DNA of 64,000 bases from Octopus sinensis (Eukaryota): assembly GCF_006345805.1 (NCBI RefSeq), contig NC_043002.1, positions 118,978,001-119,042,000 of the forward strand, in the 5' to 3' direction. Position 1 is the stretch's first letter. Every line of letters begins with the position of its first letter. The translations under genes and the position numbers were made by a program. Below the pieces are notes generated by a model, which was not told where the DNA came from, ran no database searches, and saw only the letters and a program-made list of their open reading frames with translations. Positions 50,341-63,240 of this stretch are shown one piece after another.

Positions 50341-50974
50341 ATAGATCCTTAATGTTTGAGTGACACCATTAAATAATTACAATCTTTAACATGACTGATG
50401 AATAAATCTTTAGGGTGGCTTTGAAGCAGAAGTTTATATTTCCAATATAAGGTTTCAAAACGATTAATAATATTGAAACCTATGTTAGAATAAAGATTAA
50501 GGTTCTGAGTTCAAACATAGCCTAAACATGTGCATACATTTTCTCATTTACAAACACACACACAAACTCTGCTGTCTCACATTAATTTCTTTCCTTTCAA
50601 CTTTTCCCTGATAGAAAAGCTCATCCAAAACATTGGATTTTTCAATCCCCACAGCAAGTTCACTACACTCACTTTATTGATTTTACTATATAATGTAAAT
50701 CTTGCTGATGCAGACCAACACCAGCCTCTTTGGAGTCTGATCACACACACACAAATATGGTGCCATGTAAAAAGCACAGTGCTGGTGCCACATTAAAAGC
50801 ACCCATAATGTACTAGGTGCTTTTAATGCGACATTGACAAGGGCGTTTTTATGTAGAACTGACATGGGCACTTTTATATGACACTGGCACAGGTGCTTTC
50901 ACATGGCACTAGCACACATCAGTCCCTATTTACAAGTACAATCATTTTCTTGTACTTTGAAGCTATGCTCTGTG

Positions 50975-51358
50975 TGGAAGCACTCTGTCGGTTATGACGA
51001 CGAGGGTTCCAGTTGATCCGAATCAACGGAACAGCCTGCTCGTGAAATTAACGTGTAAGTGGCTGAGCACTCCACAGATACGTGTACCCTTAACGTAGTT
51101 CTCGGGGATATTCAGCGTGACACAGAGAGTGACAAGGCCGGCCCCTTGAAATACAGGTACAACAGAAACAGGAAGCAAGAGTGAGAGAAAGTTGTGGTGA
51201 AAGAGTACAGCAGGGATCACCATCATCCCCTGCCGGAGCCTTGTGGAGCTTTTAGGTGTTTTTGCTCAATAAACACTCACAACGCCCGGTCTGGGAATCG
51301 AAACCGCGATCTTATGACCGCGAGTCCGCTGCCCTAACCACTGGGCCATTGCGCCTCT
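50975..51358 (-). mobile_element. SINE B, tail type 2
   Basis: Near-identical to the 35300 copy. Confidence 0.9.
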
Positions 51359-51486
51359 AACACATCATCAACATCTTTATCTCTTTTTCAGTTACTGCCA
51401 CCCACTCCAATATAATTTCCTGAAATCATTACTCATCAATGCTATTTTCACAAACTTTATATCAGAATCAAAATTTGAATACTCAC

Positions 51487-51587
51487 ACTAAACTCATCAA
51501 TCAGATGGCATAAATAGTCTGTCAAATACAGGGAATACTTTGCTCGAGTTATGGCCACATAAAATAAATTCCTCTCATCTTGCGTGT
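51487..51587 (-). CDS. FBH1: FBH1 exon, (D)TQDERNLFYVAITRAKYSLYLTDYLCHLIDEFS (helicase motif VI; phase 1 to 0)
   Basis: Acceptor ttttattatttttag, donor gtgagt. Canonical UvrD motif VI, ExxLxYVAxTRAK. Confidence 0.92.
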
Positions 51588-51764
51588 CTAAAAATAATAA
51601 AAGAAAGAATTCTACTGAAACGCTTAAATAGGATTAAGGATTATCAAATTATCATCAAGAACCACATTTATGGGAAGTAAGTAGGTGGGATGTTAGCCTT
51701 GCTTTTGGCAAAGATATTTAATTGTCCACTTGGTTGATATTTAGTTATAGTTGTTCTCTGTGAT

Positions 51765-52078
51765 TAGAGTGTCGAGCTTACAATCTTGAGGTAGCGAGTT
51801 CAATTCCTGGACCGGGCTGTGTGTTGTGCTCTTGAGCAAGACACTTTATTTCACATTGCTCCAGTTCACTCAGCTGTAGAAATGAGTTGCGATGTCATTA
51901 GTTCCAAGCTGTATCGGTCCCTTTGCCTTTCCCTTGGATAACACTGGCAGCATGCAGCGGGGAGGCCGGTATGCACGGGTGACTGCTGGTCTCCCATAAA
52001 CAACCTTGCCCGACTTTGTACCTCTAAGGGTAACTTTCTATGTGCAATCTCATGGTCATTCATGACTGAAGGAGATCT
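51765..52078 (+). mobile_element. SINE D (tRNA-like head, CCTTGAGCAAGACACTTTATTTC body, ...cattcatgac tail)
   Basis: Matches 60420-60750. Confidence 0.8.
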
Positions 52079-53461
52079 TTACCTTTCACCCTTTAGCTGC
52101 AAGTAAGCCCTGATTAAACAGACCTATGATCAAAAGTAGTTAGGTACAACATTTCTAAGAAGTACATCATTCAATGTGTCCTTTCATTTATTAAGACGGC
52201 AGGGTGTGATTTGAAGATTTGGTCATGCAGGCTGGACAGACAAGAGCAAGTAGGCTGGATTCAAGTATAAACTAAACTTTGTGGGTCAAATAAGGACAAT
52301 TATTTCTAACAACCCTATTCATAATGAAAGCCAAAGTAAATGTATGAAGGGGTCAAAATACATTGTAGCAACTTTATTAACAATAAAGAAAGGAAAGAAT
52401 ATGAAGTCTTAGCAAAGTTTGCATGATGTGTAGAGAAATGTGTAGAAAAAGCTCATTAAATTACATGGTATATATACAGTTCTATTAAATAAGAGTCCTT
52501 AGAGCAATGGTTCTTAACCCTTATTTTCATCTGTAGACTCCTTTGATTCCTGCTTTATGCTACTGGCCCCTATAGCAATTTCATGCTTAAAAATATGCTC
52601 AGACCTATTCCTGTTTCATTATGATTTACAAAACATTTTATCTTTTATCTTTTACTTGTTTCAGTCATTGGATTGCGGCCAGACTGGGGCACCACCTTGA
52701 AGAAGTTTTAGATGAATGAATCAACTCCAGTTCTTGTTTTTTTTTTTTAAGCCTGGTACTCACCAGCAGTTCAACATTAGGGAAGAACAGAGTAAGTACC
52801 AGGCGTCAAAAATAAGCACTGGGGTTGATTTGTTTGACTAAAAACCTTCAGCATAGTGTCCCAGCATGACTGCAGTCTAATCACTGAAAACTAAAGAGAT
52901 AGAAGTAAAGATAATATAACATAAGCCCTTTTGATTCCAACCAGCCTAAGAGTGCCCCTGGTTCTATGGCACAAACTTGTTGTTTTAAAGTGAAATAAAT
53001 TAAATTCTACGATCAAAGTTTCATGTTAATTTATATTCCAAATACTACTTTAAAAATGACAAAGTTATTTTATTAAATTCTTCATTTTTTTTCAAAATTA
53101 ATTGAAACAACGGTAAGTGTATTTCAAAAGAAATATGGTAACAAAAAAAGTAGTGAATTTTGATTGAATAAAAAGACAGGGGAGGTAACTCTGAGAATTA
53201 CATTAATTACAAATTGAATGCGAGTTTGAGCTTCATCTTTCACAAGTAATGGCAGTGTTGTCCACATTCTCTTTCTTCATTGGGATATCACACAATTTTC
53301 GATCGATCAACTAAATTCTCTATCTTCTGTTTGTTTTATCTATCAATCTATTTATCCTTCTCCAACGATTACTTTTTCCACTCCTGTATGTCAACTGCAG
53401 TCACTGAGGTAATCTTTCTTTTGTAGTTTAACTATGTCACCTTTTGTCTACTCTTATATAA

Positions 53462-53478
53462 TAATAATAATAATAATG

Positions 53479-53524
<46 letters not shown>

Positions 53525-53745
53525 CATTGTGTACAGTGCTCAGGTGCACTACAACTCATCTAAGGTGTATGTATAATCAGGTGTAGTTTCGGCAGATTTC
53601 GGAAAGCATGAGGGCCTTAAAGGATGCAGTGTCATGGCAGTCAACAACCGACGCAGGCAGTTTGTTCCATGCTTCAGCAACTCTGAGCGTGAAAAAAATG
53701 TTTCCGAAAGTCATGGGAGCTATGTTGTTTTCTGACTTTGTAGGC
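53462..53745 (-). mobile_element. CR1/L2-group LINE 3' end with (ATT)n tail
   Basis: HDFRKHFFTLRVAEAWNKLPASVVDCHDTASFK. Confidence 0.8.
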
Positions 53746-53769
53746 ATGTTCTAGCACTGCTCTGTTTTA

Positions 53770-53960
53770 CCAACAGGTGTTGCAATAATTTGGTTAGATC
53801 TTGCACCGTGGCGTTTCCTTCATTCTTCAGCAGCACAGAACACTCAAGATCACTTGCAGGAACAGAATCACAAACTCTGAAGTCCCGAGAAGAGCCAATT
53901 TGTGCAGAATGCTGGAGATTGTGGCAAAAAGAATTAGACTGGCAGGTCAGGTCTTTTCCC
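53770..53960 (+). mobile_element. RTE-like LINE relic
   Basis: LKITCRNRITNSEVPRRANLCRMLEIVAKRIRLAGQV resembles the I.W.DRITN.EVL.R...RLR.AGHV pattern. Confidence 0.7.
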
Positions 53961-54051
53961 CAACTGCCACTAGAATAAATACCCAAGACAGCCATACAAT
54001 GGTTACCACAAAAGGGCTGAAAGAAGGAGAGGGAGATACAAAAAGACAATA

Positions 54052-54360
<309 letters not shown>

Positions 54361-54433
54361 GATAAAGTTCATGCTTGTTATGAGAAATTAGACAAGGAAG
54401 TGGTAATGAATAAGCAGTTTTAATTACACAAAC

Positions 54434-54511
54434 CTAAGTTGAAGTCATCAAGAATCTTCACGGTATCAAATTCAAGACCTTTAGATTTGTGGGCAGTAGT
54501 GAACACCATTT
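54434..54511 (-). CDS. FBH1: FBH1 exon, (E)MVFTTAHKSKGLEFDTVKILDDFNL (helicase motif V; phase 1 to 1)
   Basis: Acceptor ttctgttattttag, donor gtttgt. Canonical UvrD motif V, TxHKxKGLEF. Confidence 0.92.
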
Positions 54512-54821
54512 CTAAAATAACAGAAAAATTAAGAGAAAAAAATAACAAAAACAAAAATGCAAAAAAGACCCCCCCCCCAACATTATAATCATCGTCATCA
54601 TTTAATGTTCATTTTTTCATACTTGCATGGGTCAAAGGGAAGTAGATTTTATGCAACTGGATGCCTTTCCAGTTGCCAACCCTCACATGTTTCCAAACAA
54701 AGTAATACTTTCTTATAGCCAGACATGTGTTTCTTAGAAGACTGGAAACAAAGGACATCGCCAGTATGATGATGATGCTTTTTTATGACCATCACATGAG
54801 GTCAAGTCAAGGATTCACATG

Positions 54822-54867
<46 letters not shown>

Positions 54868-55127
54868 TATCCACAACAGGCTCCTTTCAGTTTCAGTCAA
54901 TCAAATTCACTCACAAGGATTTAGTTGGTAAGGGTATGCAAGGTGCCATGCAATGGGACTGAACCCAAGATCACATGGTTGGGAAGCAAGCTCCTTACCT
55001 ACACAGCTATGCCTGCACCAATGTATATTATTATAATTGCTAGCATGTGACCTATTTTTTTCTGTGAATGGTAAATAAATATTCTCCTTTACTGAAAAAA
55101 AAATACACACACACACATGATGAGGGT

Positions 55128-55420
55128 TCCACTTGATTCAATCAATGGAAAAATCTGCTTGTGAAATTAATGTGCATATGGCTGAACACTCCACAGACAC
55201 GTGTACCCTTAATGTAGTTCTCAGGGAGATTCAGCATGACACAGAGTGTGACAAGGCTGGCCCTTTGAAATAAAGGTACTACTCATTTTTGTCAGCAGAG
55301 TGGACTGGACCACTGCGAAATAAAGTGTCTTGCTCAAGGACACAATGTGTCACTGGGAATTGAATTTGTGACCTTACGATTGTAAGTTGAATACTCTAAC
55401 CACTAACCCACGGGCCTTCA
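55128..55420 (-). mobile_element. Chimeric SINE: D-type body with SINE B type-2 tail
   Basis: CCTTGAGCAAGACACTTTATTTC body followed by ...ccttgtcac...gtgtctgtggagtg...ggaaccctc tail. Confidence 0.75.
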
Positions 55421-55983
55421 GATAGTAAAGGCATAAGGTTTGAAATTTTGGAAGATGGGGCTAGTCAATTACATCAATCCCTGTGGTACTCAATTTATGA
55501 ATCCCGTAAGAATGGAAAACAAAGTCAACCTCGGCAGAATTTGAACTCAGAACGCAAAAGATAGATAAATAATGATAATCCTTTCTTCTATAGGCTCAAA
55601 GCCTGAAATTTTGTGGGAGGGCAACAGTCATCATCATCATCATCATCGTTTAGCGTCCGTTTTCCATGCTAGCATGGGTTGAACCCAAATGCTCAAATGG
55701 TACTTAATTCTTTGACCCCAAAATAATAATAATAAAAAAATGTAAATTAAGAGAACATCTGGTCATTAAGGACATGTATCAGTGTGCAGAAATGGCAGCT
55801 TCACTCTTATGGTCAAGTAATGTGAATGGGCAATATCTATTGGTTCAAAAAATATCGACCAGGCAGCCATGACATGCACCTTATATGTCATGTCCAACAA
55901 TTTTTTTCAACTTATTTCCTTAAGCTATATAACTCTCAGATAATGGGCTATGAGTATACTAGTTCAAAAGATACACTATATTG

Positions 55984-56310
55984 CGTGGCATCTTGGGCAA
56001 GTGTCTTCTGCTATAGCCCCGGGCCGACCAATGCCTTGTGAGTGGATTTGGTAGACGGAAACTGAAAGAAGCCTGTCGTGTATATGTATATATATATATG
56101 TGTATATGTTTGTGTGTCTGTGTTTGTCCCCCTAGCATCGCTTGACAACCGATGCTGGTGTTTACGTCCCCGTCACTTAGTGGTTCGGCAAAAGAGAATG
56201 ATAGAATAAGTACTGGGCTTACAAAAGAATAAGTCCCGGGGTCGAGTTGCTCGATAAAAGGCAATGCTCCAGCATGGCCGCAGTCAAATGACTGAAACGA
56301 GTAAAAGAGT
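55984..56310 (+). mobile_element. 5'-truncated SINE A with 62-63-bp TSD
   Basis: Identical flanks 55921-55983 and 56310-56372. Confidence 0.9.
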
Positions 56311-56820
56311 AAGCTATATAACTCTCAGATAATGGGCTATGAGTATACTAGTTCAAAAGATACACTATATTGTGTTTATGAACAGTAGCCGTATGGTTAA
56401 GAAGTTAGCTGTGTAATCACATGGTTTTAAGTTCAATCCCACCGCATGGTACCTTGAGCACTTGAGCAAATGTATTCTACTATATTCTCAAATTGATCAT
56501 TACCTCGTGTAGAATTTGGGAGATATAATGTGTGAAGGAGCCTTTCGTGTATGTGTCTGTGTTTATACCAATCTAAAAACTAGTTTGTTTATACTGTGTC
56601 TCATTCTTTCCAATAACATATTGGTTTGACAAATAAAGAACAGTAGAATAAATATCAGATTGAAATAAGTCCTAGGGTTGACATGAAGGAGGCACCCCAG
56701 TATGACTGCTGTTCAATGACAGAAACCTGTAAACGATCAATGCAGTATAACCCACTTGATCCATAAGTTATAATTTTAAATTTAATCATAAGTCACATTT
56801 ACAAAAAGATAATAACTTAC

Positions 56821-57006
56821 CGGCATCTCGAACTTCTTTTATTTCTGACTCCTGGAAGAAATCTAGGATCTTTGGCAGATGGATGGCATATGTCTGTGCA
56901 ATTTGAATCTGTCCCAGCAACTCGTAGTCACAAGAGTGTTCAGCATATCGCTTCAAAGCATGGAAGCTAGAGAACCGTGCAACAAAACTAGGTTTGTTCT
57001 GAGAGG
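56821..57006 (-). CDS. FBH1: FBH1 exon, (A)SQNKPSFVARFSSFHALKRYAEHSCDYELLGQIQIAQTYAIHLPKILDFFQESEIKEVRDA (phase 1 to 1)
   Basis: Acceptor ttctttgtattgcag, donor gtaagt. Resembles human [34 protein letters not shown] (recalled). Confidence 0.88.
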
Positions 57007-57126
57007 CTGCAATACAAAGAATATAGTAAGACTCATGTAAGATTGGCCAGAGGCAGAATGGTTGAAATCCCTCATCCAAACTATGATAATTAATAAGGGT
57101 TAAACATATCTATTACAAAAGGAAAG

Positions 57127-57657
57127 GCGTGGCTGTGTGATAAAAAGTTTGCTTCCCAACTACATGGTTCCGGGTTCAGTCCCACCGTGTGGCACCTTGG
57201 GCAAGTGTCTTCCACTTTAGCCTCAGGCTGACCAAAGCCTTGTGAGTGGATTTGGTGGATGAAAACTGAAAGAGGCTCATCTTCTATATGTATGTGTGTG
57301 TGTGTGTGTGTGTGTGTATGCCTTTGTGTATGTGTTTGTCTCCTATCTTCACTTAACCACTGGTGTTGGTGTGTTTACATCCCCATAACTTAGCAGCTTG
57401 GCAACAGAGACTGGTAGAATAAGTTTGACTAAAATTCTTCAAGATGGTGCCCCATTATGGCCACAGTTGAATGACTGAAAAAAAAAATACAAAAAGGCGC
57501 AGGAGTGGCTGTGTGGTAAGTAGCTTGTTAACCAACCACATGGTTCCAGGTTCAGTCCCACTGTGTGGCATCTTGGGCAAGTGTCTTCTGCTATAGCCCC
57601 GGGCCGACCAACGCCTTGTGAGTGGATCTGGTAGACAGAAACTGAAAGAAGCCTGTC

Positions 57658-57723
<66 letters not shown>

Positions 57724-57930
57724 TTGTGTGTCTGTGTTTGTCCCCTTAGCATTGCTTGACAACTGATGCTGGTGTGTTTACGTCCCCGTCACTTAGCAGT
57801 TCGGCAAAAGAGATTGACAGAATAAGTACTAGGTTTCCAAAGAATAAGTCCTGGGGTCAAGTTGCTCGATTAAAGGCGGTGCTCCAGCATGGCCGCAGTC
57901 AAATGACTGAAACAAGTAAAAGAGTAAAGA
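57127..57930 (+). mobile_element. Older SINE A-like copy (57127-57480) followed by a young SINE A (57496-57930)
   Basis: Two head-to-tail copies. Confidence 0.85.
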
Positions 57931-58701
57931 AAAGACAATTCTATTCATCAACTCTTTCAAGTAACAGTTGGTATGTCGTTGCTGTAAAATTAACTGGGAG
58001 CTTGCATTAAGTATATAAAAGGTAAAAACCTGGAAGTTGAGGAAATTGATGATGATCTCGTGTCAATAACAGTTGGACATTAGGAGAGACCATTGAAGCA
58101 CTTTGTAAATTCAGTTGTCTTGAAGAGTGAAGAACTTAGAGTTTCAAGACTTGCTCTTCAATGGGTGGTAATTGTACTTAGTGAACTGTTTAAGTATTTA
58201 GACCAGTGAATAAAGGTCTATTGATATAAGGATAATCGGCACAGACATGGTTCTGTGGTTAGGACATTTGATTTGTAATCATGTAGTTTCAGGTGCAACC
58301 TCACTGCATGACTTCTTGGGTGGCTTCTATCACACTGTGTAACAAAATTTTAATATTTTTCTTCTTTGGTCAGTAAGTTGTTATTTCCTATTTGCTTCTA
58401 TCTAGGAATCAAAGGAAATGACTACCATTCCCTTCAAACTTTGCTTTTGTGATTTGGACAACAATGTTTTGAAACTGAATTATTTTCCATTACATTTCAA
58501 ATAGCTTCAGTGCTGAGGTAGAAATATTACAGCAATACCACAGATTTGCTTGACCGTAACCACTTGAGCATGTCCCTTAGTGGCTGACAATATGTGCATC
58601 TCTGATCATGAGCAAGAGTAGTGAGGGAGTAACACAGCCAGGATTAAGAGATATTTACTTATTTACCACTGATAAAGAAGTAATGCTTGACAAAGTGTTA
58701 C

Positions 58702-58774
58702 CTTTAACTGGGCGTTCACCAACTAATAGAGAATGGATATCACGAAGCACATTAAATCCAAAACCAGTAGTTCC
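58702..58774 (-). CDS. FBH1: FBH1 exon, GTTGFGFNVLRDIHSLLVGERPVK (phase 0 to 1)
   Basis: Acceptor ttttcatatgtcaag, donor gtaaca. Resembles human GIKSFGLDRIIDIWILL (recalled); phase-compatible. Confidence 0.82.
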
Positions 58775-58974
58775 CTTGACATATGAAAAAAATAAAAGTA
58801 AAGGAATATCAGAACATAATATAAGGATATCAAAGCATGAAATATAAGTGAAATATGGTAATGTACACAATGCTCTATGTTGTATTGCTATGTTAACTTG
58901 TAGAGAACCATTGGGATCTTGCAGATGACCCATCTTCAATGTAGAACCTAACTTCAAATGATCATTGACCAATC

Positions 58975-59292
58975 AGAACAGCACAGCTCCCATGACTTCA
59001 GGAAACATTTTTTCATGCTGAGAGTTGCTGAAGCATGGAACAAACTGCCGGCATCAGTTGTTAGTTGTCGGAGCACTGCATCCTTCAAAACTTCCATGCT
59101 TCCTGAGATTTGCCAACACTACACCTGATTTTCTCCCCTCCATACACACACAAGCATGTATCCGACTCATACACTGTTCACTTTCCAAACATTTGTACAT
59201 TACTGCATATGCTTTATACGCACTTTCTGACAAGTTGTGGTGCACCTGAGCACTGTATACAATAATTTCATTATTATTATTATTATTACTAT
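58975..59292 (+). mobile_element. CR1/L2-group LINE 3' end with (ATT)n tail
   Basis: HDFRKHFFMLRVAEAWNKLPASVV...FK C-terminal pattern. Confidence 0.8.
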
Positions 59293-59580
59293 TTTAAAAG
59301 AGATGCAAAAAGAACAAATGAATCCTGGTATAACCGACCGAGAACAAAAGTGTCTTAGATGTGACTGTCCAATCTTTTACAAGTATAGTGTGACAGGACT
59401 ACATTGTCCAACTTATCATTCTTTTTTTGTTAACGAGGTAGCATGTGGTTTCAGGGAAATTCAACCGATATCTTTAGCAGATCAAGCAACTGTGAAGAGA
59501 CACCTTAGTTGGTTTCTAAAAACCTAACTGTAACGCTGAATACCAATCCTCCAGTAAAAACCACTTCCAAAGAATGACTC

Positions 59581-59803
59581 TTAACCCTTTCGTTACCAAC
59601 CCGTCTGAAACCGGCTCTGTAGTACAAATGTCTTGTTTTCATAAATTTTGAATTAAAATCTTACACCAAAACTTAGTCACAGTTTATGTTCTGAACACTA
59701 CCTTAATGGTAGCTAAGTTATTTTACTAAATTCTTTGTTATATTTGAAGTAATTGAAAGAAATACAGAGCATCTCAAAATAAATACGGTAACAAAAGGGT
59801 TAA
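59581..59803 (+). mobile_element. piggyBac-type MITE
   Basis: TTAA flanks. Diverged relatives at about 14226-14452 and 52925-53150. Confidence 0.85.
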
Positions 59804-60419
59804 TCAATGTGAGAAAAAGTGCTTTCTTTTTTTGTCTGTTTATCGCTTTTTTTTTTTTTTACATGAAAGGTTACTGTACTTTGGATAATTCTGATAATTT
59901 TAGATTAAACCTTTAGCATTTAAACTGGCCATATCTGGCCAAAATATTCTATCTGTTTTATGTTCAAATTGGTCAGCACCAGCCTCTCATCATCATCATC
60001 GTTTAACGTCCGTTCTCCATGCTAGCATGGGTTGGATGGTTTGACCGGGGATCTAGGAAGCCAGAAGGCTGCACCAGGCTCCAGTCTTATCTGGCAATGT
60101 TTCTACAGCTGGATGCCCTTCCTAACGCCAACCACTCCGTAAGTGTAGTGGGTGCTTTTTACGTGCCACCTGCACAGGTGCCAGGTGAGGCTGGCTTCGG
60201 CCATGATTCGGATGGTGCTTTTTATGTACCACCAATCCAGGGGTCCTGGCATCTGCTGGGTGCCAGTCATAGAATTGGTTCAATTTCGATTCCGAAATAC
60301 TTACCTTAAAATGTCATTGCAAAACTAAACAATCACATCATGAAATCTCAAAGCTATGAGATAACACAGGATTAACTGAAAACAATGTGAATGAATAAGC
60401 ATTACATTTGACTAAAGGC

Positions 60420-60750
60420 TCATGGTTCAGGGGTTAGGGTATCGGGCTTACAATTGTCAGGTTGTGAGTTTCATTCCTGGACTGGGCTGTGTTGTATTCT
60501 TGTGCAAAACACTTTATTTCATGTTGCTCCAGTTCACTCAGCTGTAGAAACGAGTTGTGATGTCACTGGTGCCAAGCTGTATCGGCCCCTTTGCCTTTCT
60601 CTTGGATAACATCGGTTGTGTGGAGAGGGGAGGAGGCTGGTATGCATGGGCGACTGCTAGTCTTCCTTAAACAACCTTGCCCAGACTTGTGCCTAGGAGG
60701 GGAACTTTCTAGGTACAATCCCATGGTCATTCATGACCAAAGTAGTTATT
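60420..60750 (+). mobile_element. SINE D
   Basis: Matches 51765-52078. Confidence 0.8.
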
Positions 60751-61134
60751 TACCCTTTTTACATTTGAGTGAGTAATCTGAATGCTAAAAGGTTAAGTAC
60801 TGTATCTGCTCAAGCTAGATTAAAGGAGACAAACTCAGAAATGCATGGAAAATGATTTTAAAACACTTGTTATTGATAGGTTGAAAGACAACGTTAAATC
60901 TAGTTGAACCTGAACGGGATCTGAGAAAGGCAAAGTCTAATAAGTGTAATGTGTTTAGTATTGGTACTTAACAATCTATAGATAATTTCATTATCTTTTA
61001 ACAAGATGAGATTGATTAACTAAAACATACAAGTTTTGTTAGTATTAATATATCTCTTGAAAATTTGGTATAACAAACTCAAAGTAAACTTCATATGTTG
61101 AAGAAGGAAAAATATTAATAAAACGATTTTTTAC

Positions 61135-61259
61135 CCCAACAAAAGCCATTTTTATTCGAGGTTTTTTGTTGTAACCAAGCTGGACTGCTTCAGAAAATAG
61201 TGTAAAGTTGCACCGAGCAATGTAAGCCAGTTGTCCAATAGTTTCCCCTTTGATAGTTG
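61135..61259 (-). CDS. FBH1: FBH1 exon, (S)TIKGETIGQLAYIARCNFTLFSEAVQLGYNKKPRIKMAFVG (phase 1 to 0)
   Basis: Poly-T acceptor ttcctacag, donor gtaaaa. Resembles human [25 protein letters not shown] (recalled); phases match both neighbours. Confidence 0.88.
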
Positions 61260-61480
61260 CTGTAGGAAAAAAAAAAAATTCAAAATATAAGCTAAATGGT
61301 AATTTTAAGAATATAGTAGTAAGCTATAAAGTGCTCAGCTTTATTCTTTCTTTTAATGGTAACTAAAAATCTTAGTAGTGTGAAATAGTGATTTCTTGTT
61401 GTCACAGAAGTTCTACATTTTAGAGTGGGGGAAATGTAATGTGCTGCTCATGATTTCCTCAAAGACTATTGGCAATGTAA

Positions 61481-61810
61481 ATCATCATCATCATCATCAT
61501 TTAACGTCCGCTTTCCATGCTAGCATGGGTTGGATGGTTCAACTGGGGTCTGTGAAGCCAGAAGGCTGCTTCAGGCCCAGTCTGATCTGGCAGTGTTTCT
61601 ACTACGGCTAGATGCCCTTCCTAACGCCAACCACTCCGTAAGTGTAGTCGGTGCTTTTTATGTGCCACCCGCACAGGTGCCAGGCGAGGCTGGCAGACGG
61701 CCACGGACGGATGGTGCTTTTTACGTGCCACCGGCACAGGGGCCAGGCGAGGCTGGTAACGGCCACGAACGGATGGTGCTTTTTACGTGCCACCGGCACG
61801 GGGGCCAAGT
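61481..61810 (-). mobile_element. RTE 3' UTR fragment
   Basis: Same family. Confidence 0.85.
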
Positions 61811-62069
61811 CTCAACCAGGAATTGAACCAATATTGCTGTCTTGATTTGTCTGATGCTTAATGTTCCTTTCGTGGCACATGTTACAGTGGTGTAACCATT
61901 TAATTATCATCCAGTTGAACTCACTCAGATTTTCTCAACTCGATCACACTGGCCATCATAACTCCCAATAACATTTTGGAAGTCAGCAGAGCAACATCCA
62001 GTACCTGTACAGAACTAGTTGATGAAGATTTTTGTTGGACAGCTGACTTGTGTATATCTATAACTGTAA

Positions 62070-62300
62070 GGCGACGAGCTGGCAGAAACATTAGCGCGCC
62101 GGGCGAAATGTTTAGCGGTATTTCGTCTGCCGCTATGTTCTGAGTTCAAATTCTGCTGAGGTCGACTTTGCCTTTCACCCTTTCAGGGTCGATAAATAAA
62201 GTACCAGTTTCGCACTTGGGTCGATGTAATCGACTTAATCCGTTTGTCTGTCCTTGTTTGTCCCCCCTATGTTTAGCCCCTTGTGGGCAGTAAAGAAATA
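62070..62300 (+). mobile_element. SINE C
   Basis: Full copy inserted in an RTE relic. Confidence 0.85.
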
Positions 62301-62902
62301 TATAACTGTTTATCTACAAGAGGGTATCATTAACAAGTTCTTGCTTGGCTCTCAAGCAGAGCCCTGCATAACGTATGTGCTCCTCTCAAATGACATCAGT
62401 GACTTTGAGAAGTCTGCTAAACAGTCCTTGTTTGGTCAGATACTTTTCCAGGAGATATTCAAAATGGCACATTGGTGTGAATATCATCAGATTTTGCCTT
62501 TGGGTGTTAGGTGAGTGTTTAAGCAGTGAACCCACACATAGCACACTGATTCCTCAGATGCACAAAAGAAATTTCTTTTCAGCTTGCCTGGTAGTGATGG
62601 CATCAAGAACACATCATGCTTTTACGAGACAAACTTAGTGATAAGTAAATATAAATATATTACTTAAGATTTTTCACATCATCTAGTTTACTATTGATTG
62701 CTTAACAAAAAAAATAAAGTTAGTCAAGAGAAGGGGAAGAAGAGGAGAAACAATGCTCCTCAGCTTCACAGGTTCTTCCAGACTAGTGAGATTGATGTAA
62801 CTGATGTATAGTCTGAAATCTGAGCATCCTACTACTATTAGTAAGAAAAACTTGGGTGGAGAGAGAAGATGAGGGTTATAACCTAAATTACATACAATAG
62901 AG

Positions 62903-63240
62903 TTGCCAGCTTCGCCTGGCCCCCGTGCTGGTGGCACGTAAAAAGCACCATCCGATCGTGGCCGTTGCCAGCCTCGCCTGACCCCCATGCCGGTGGCACG
63001 TAAAAAGCACCATCCGTCCGTGGCCGTTTGCCAGCTCCGTCTGGCTCCTGTGCGGGTGGCACGTAAAAAGCACCCACTACACTCATGGAGTGGTTGGCGT
63101 TAGGAAGGGCATCCAGCCGTAGAAACACTGGCAGATCAGACTCGGCCTGATGCAGCCTTCTGGCTTCACAGACCCCAGTTGAACCGTCCAACCCATGCTA
63201 GCATGGAAAGCGGACGCTAAATGATGATGATGATGATGAC
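62903..63240 (+). mobile_element. RTE 3' UTR fragment
   Basis: Same family, (GAT)n tail. Confidence 0.85.

Noticed and set aside
62254-62514. Plus-strand ORF bounded by AG and GTGAGT
   Set aside because: Antisense of an RTE-like LINE relic (ILNISWK...RYAG pattern with frameshifts).
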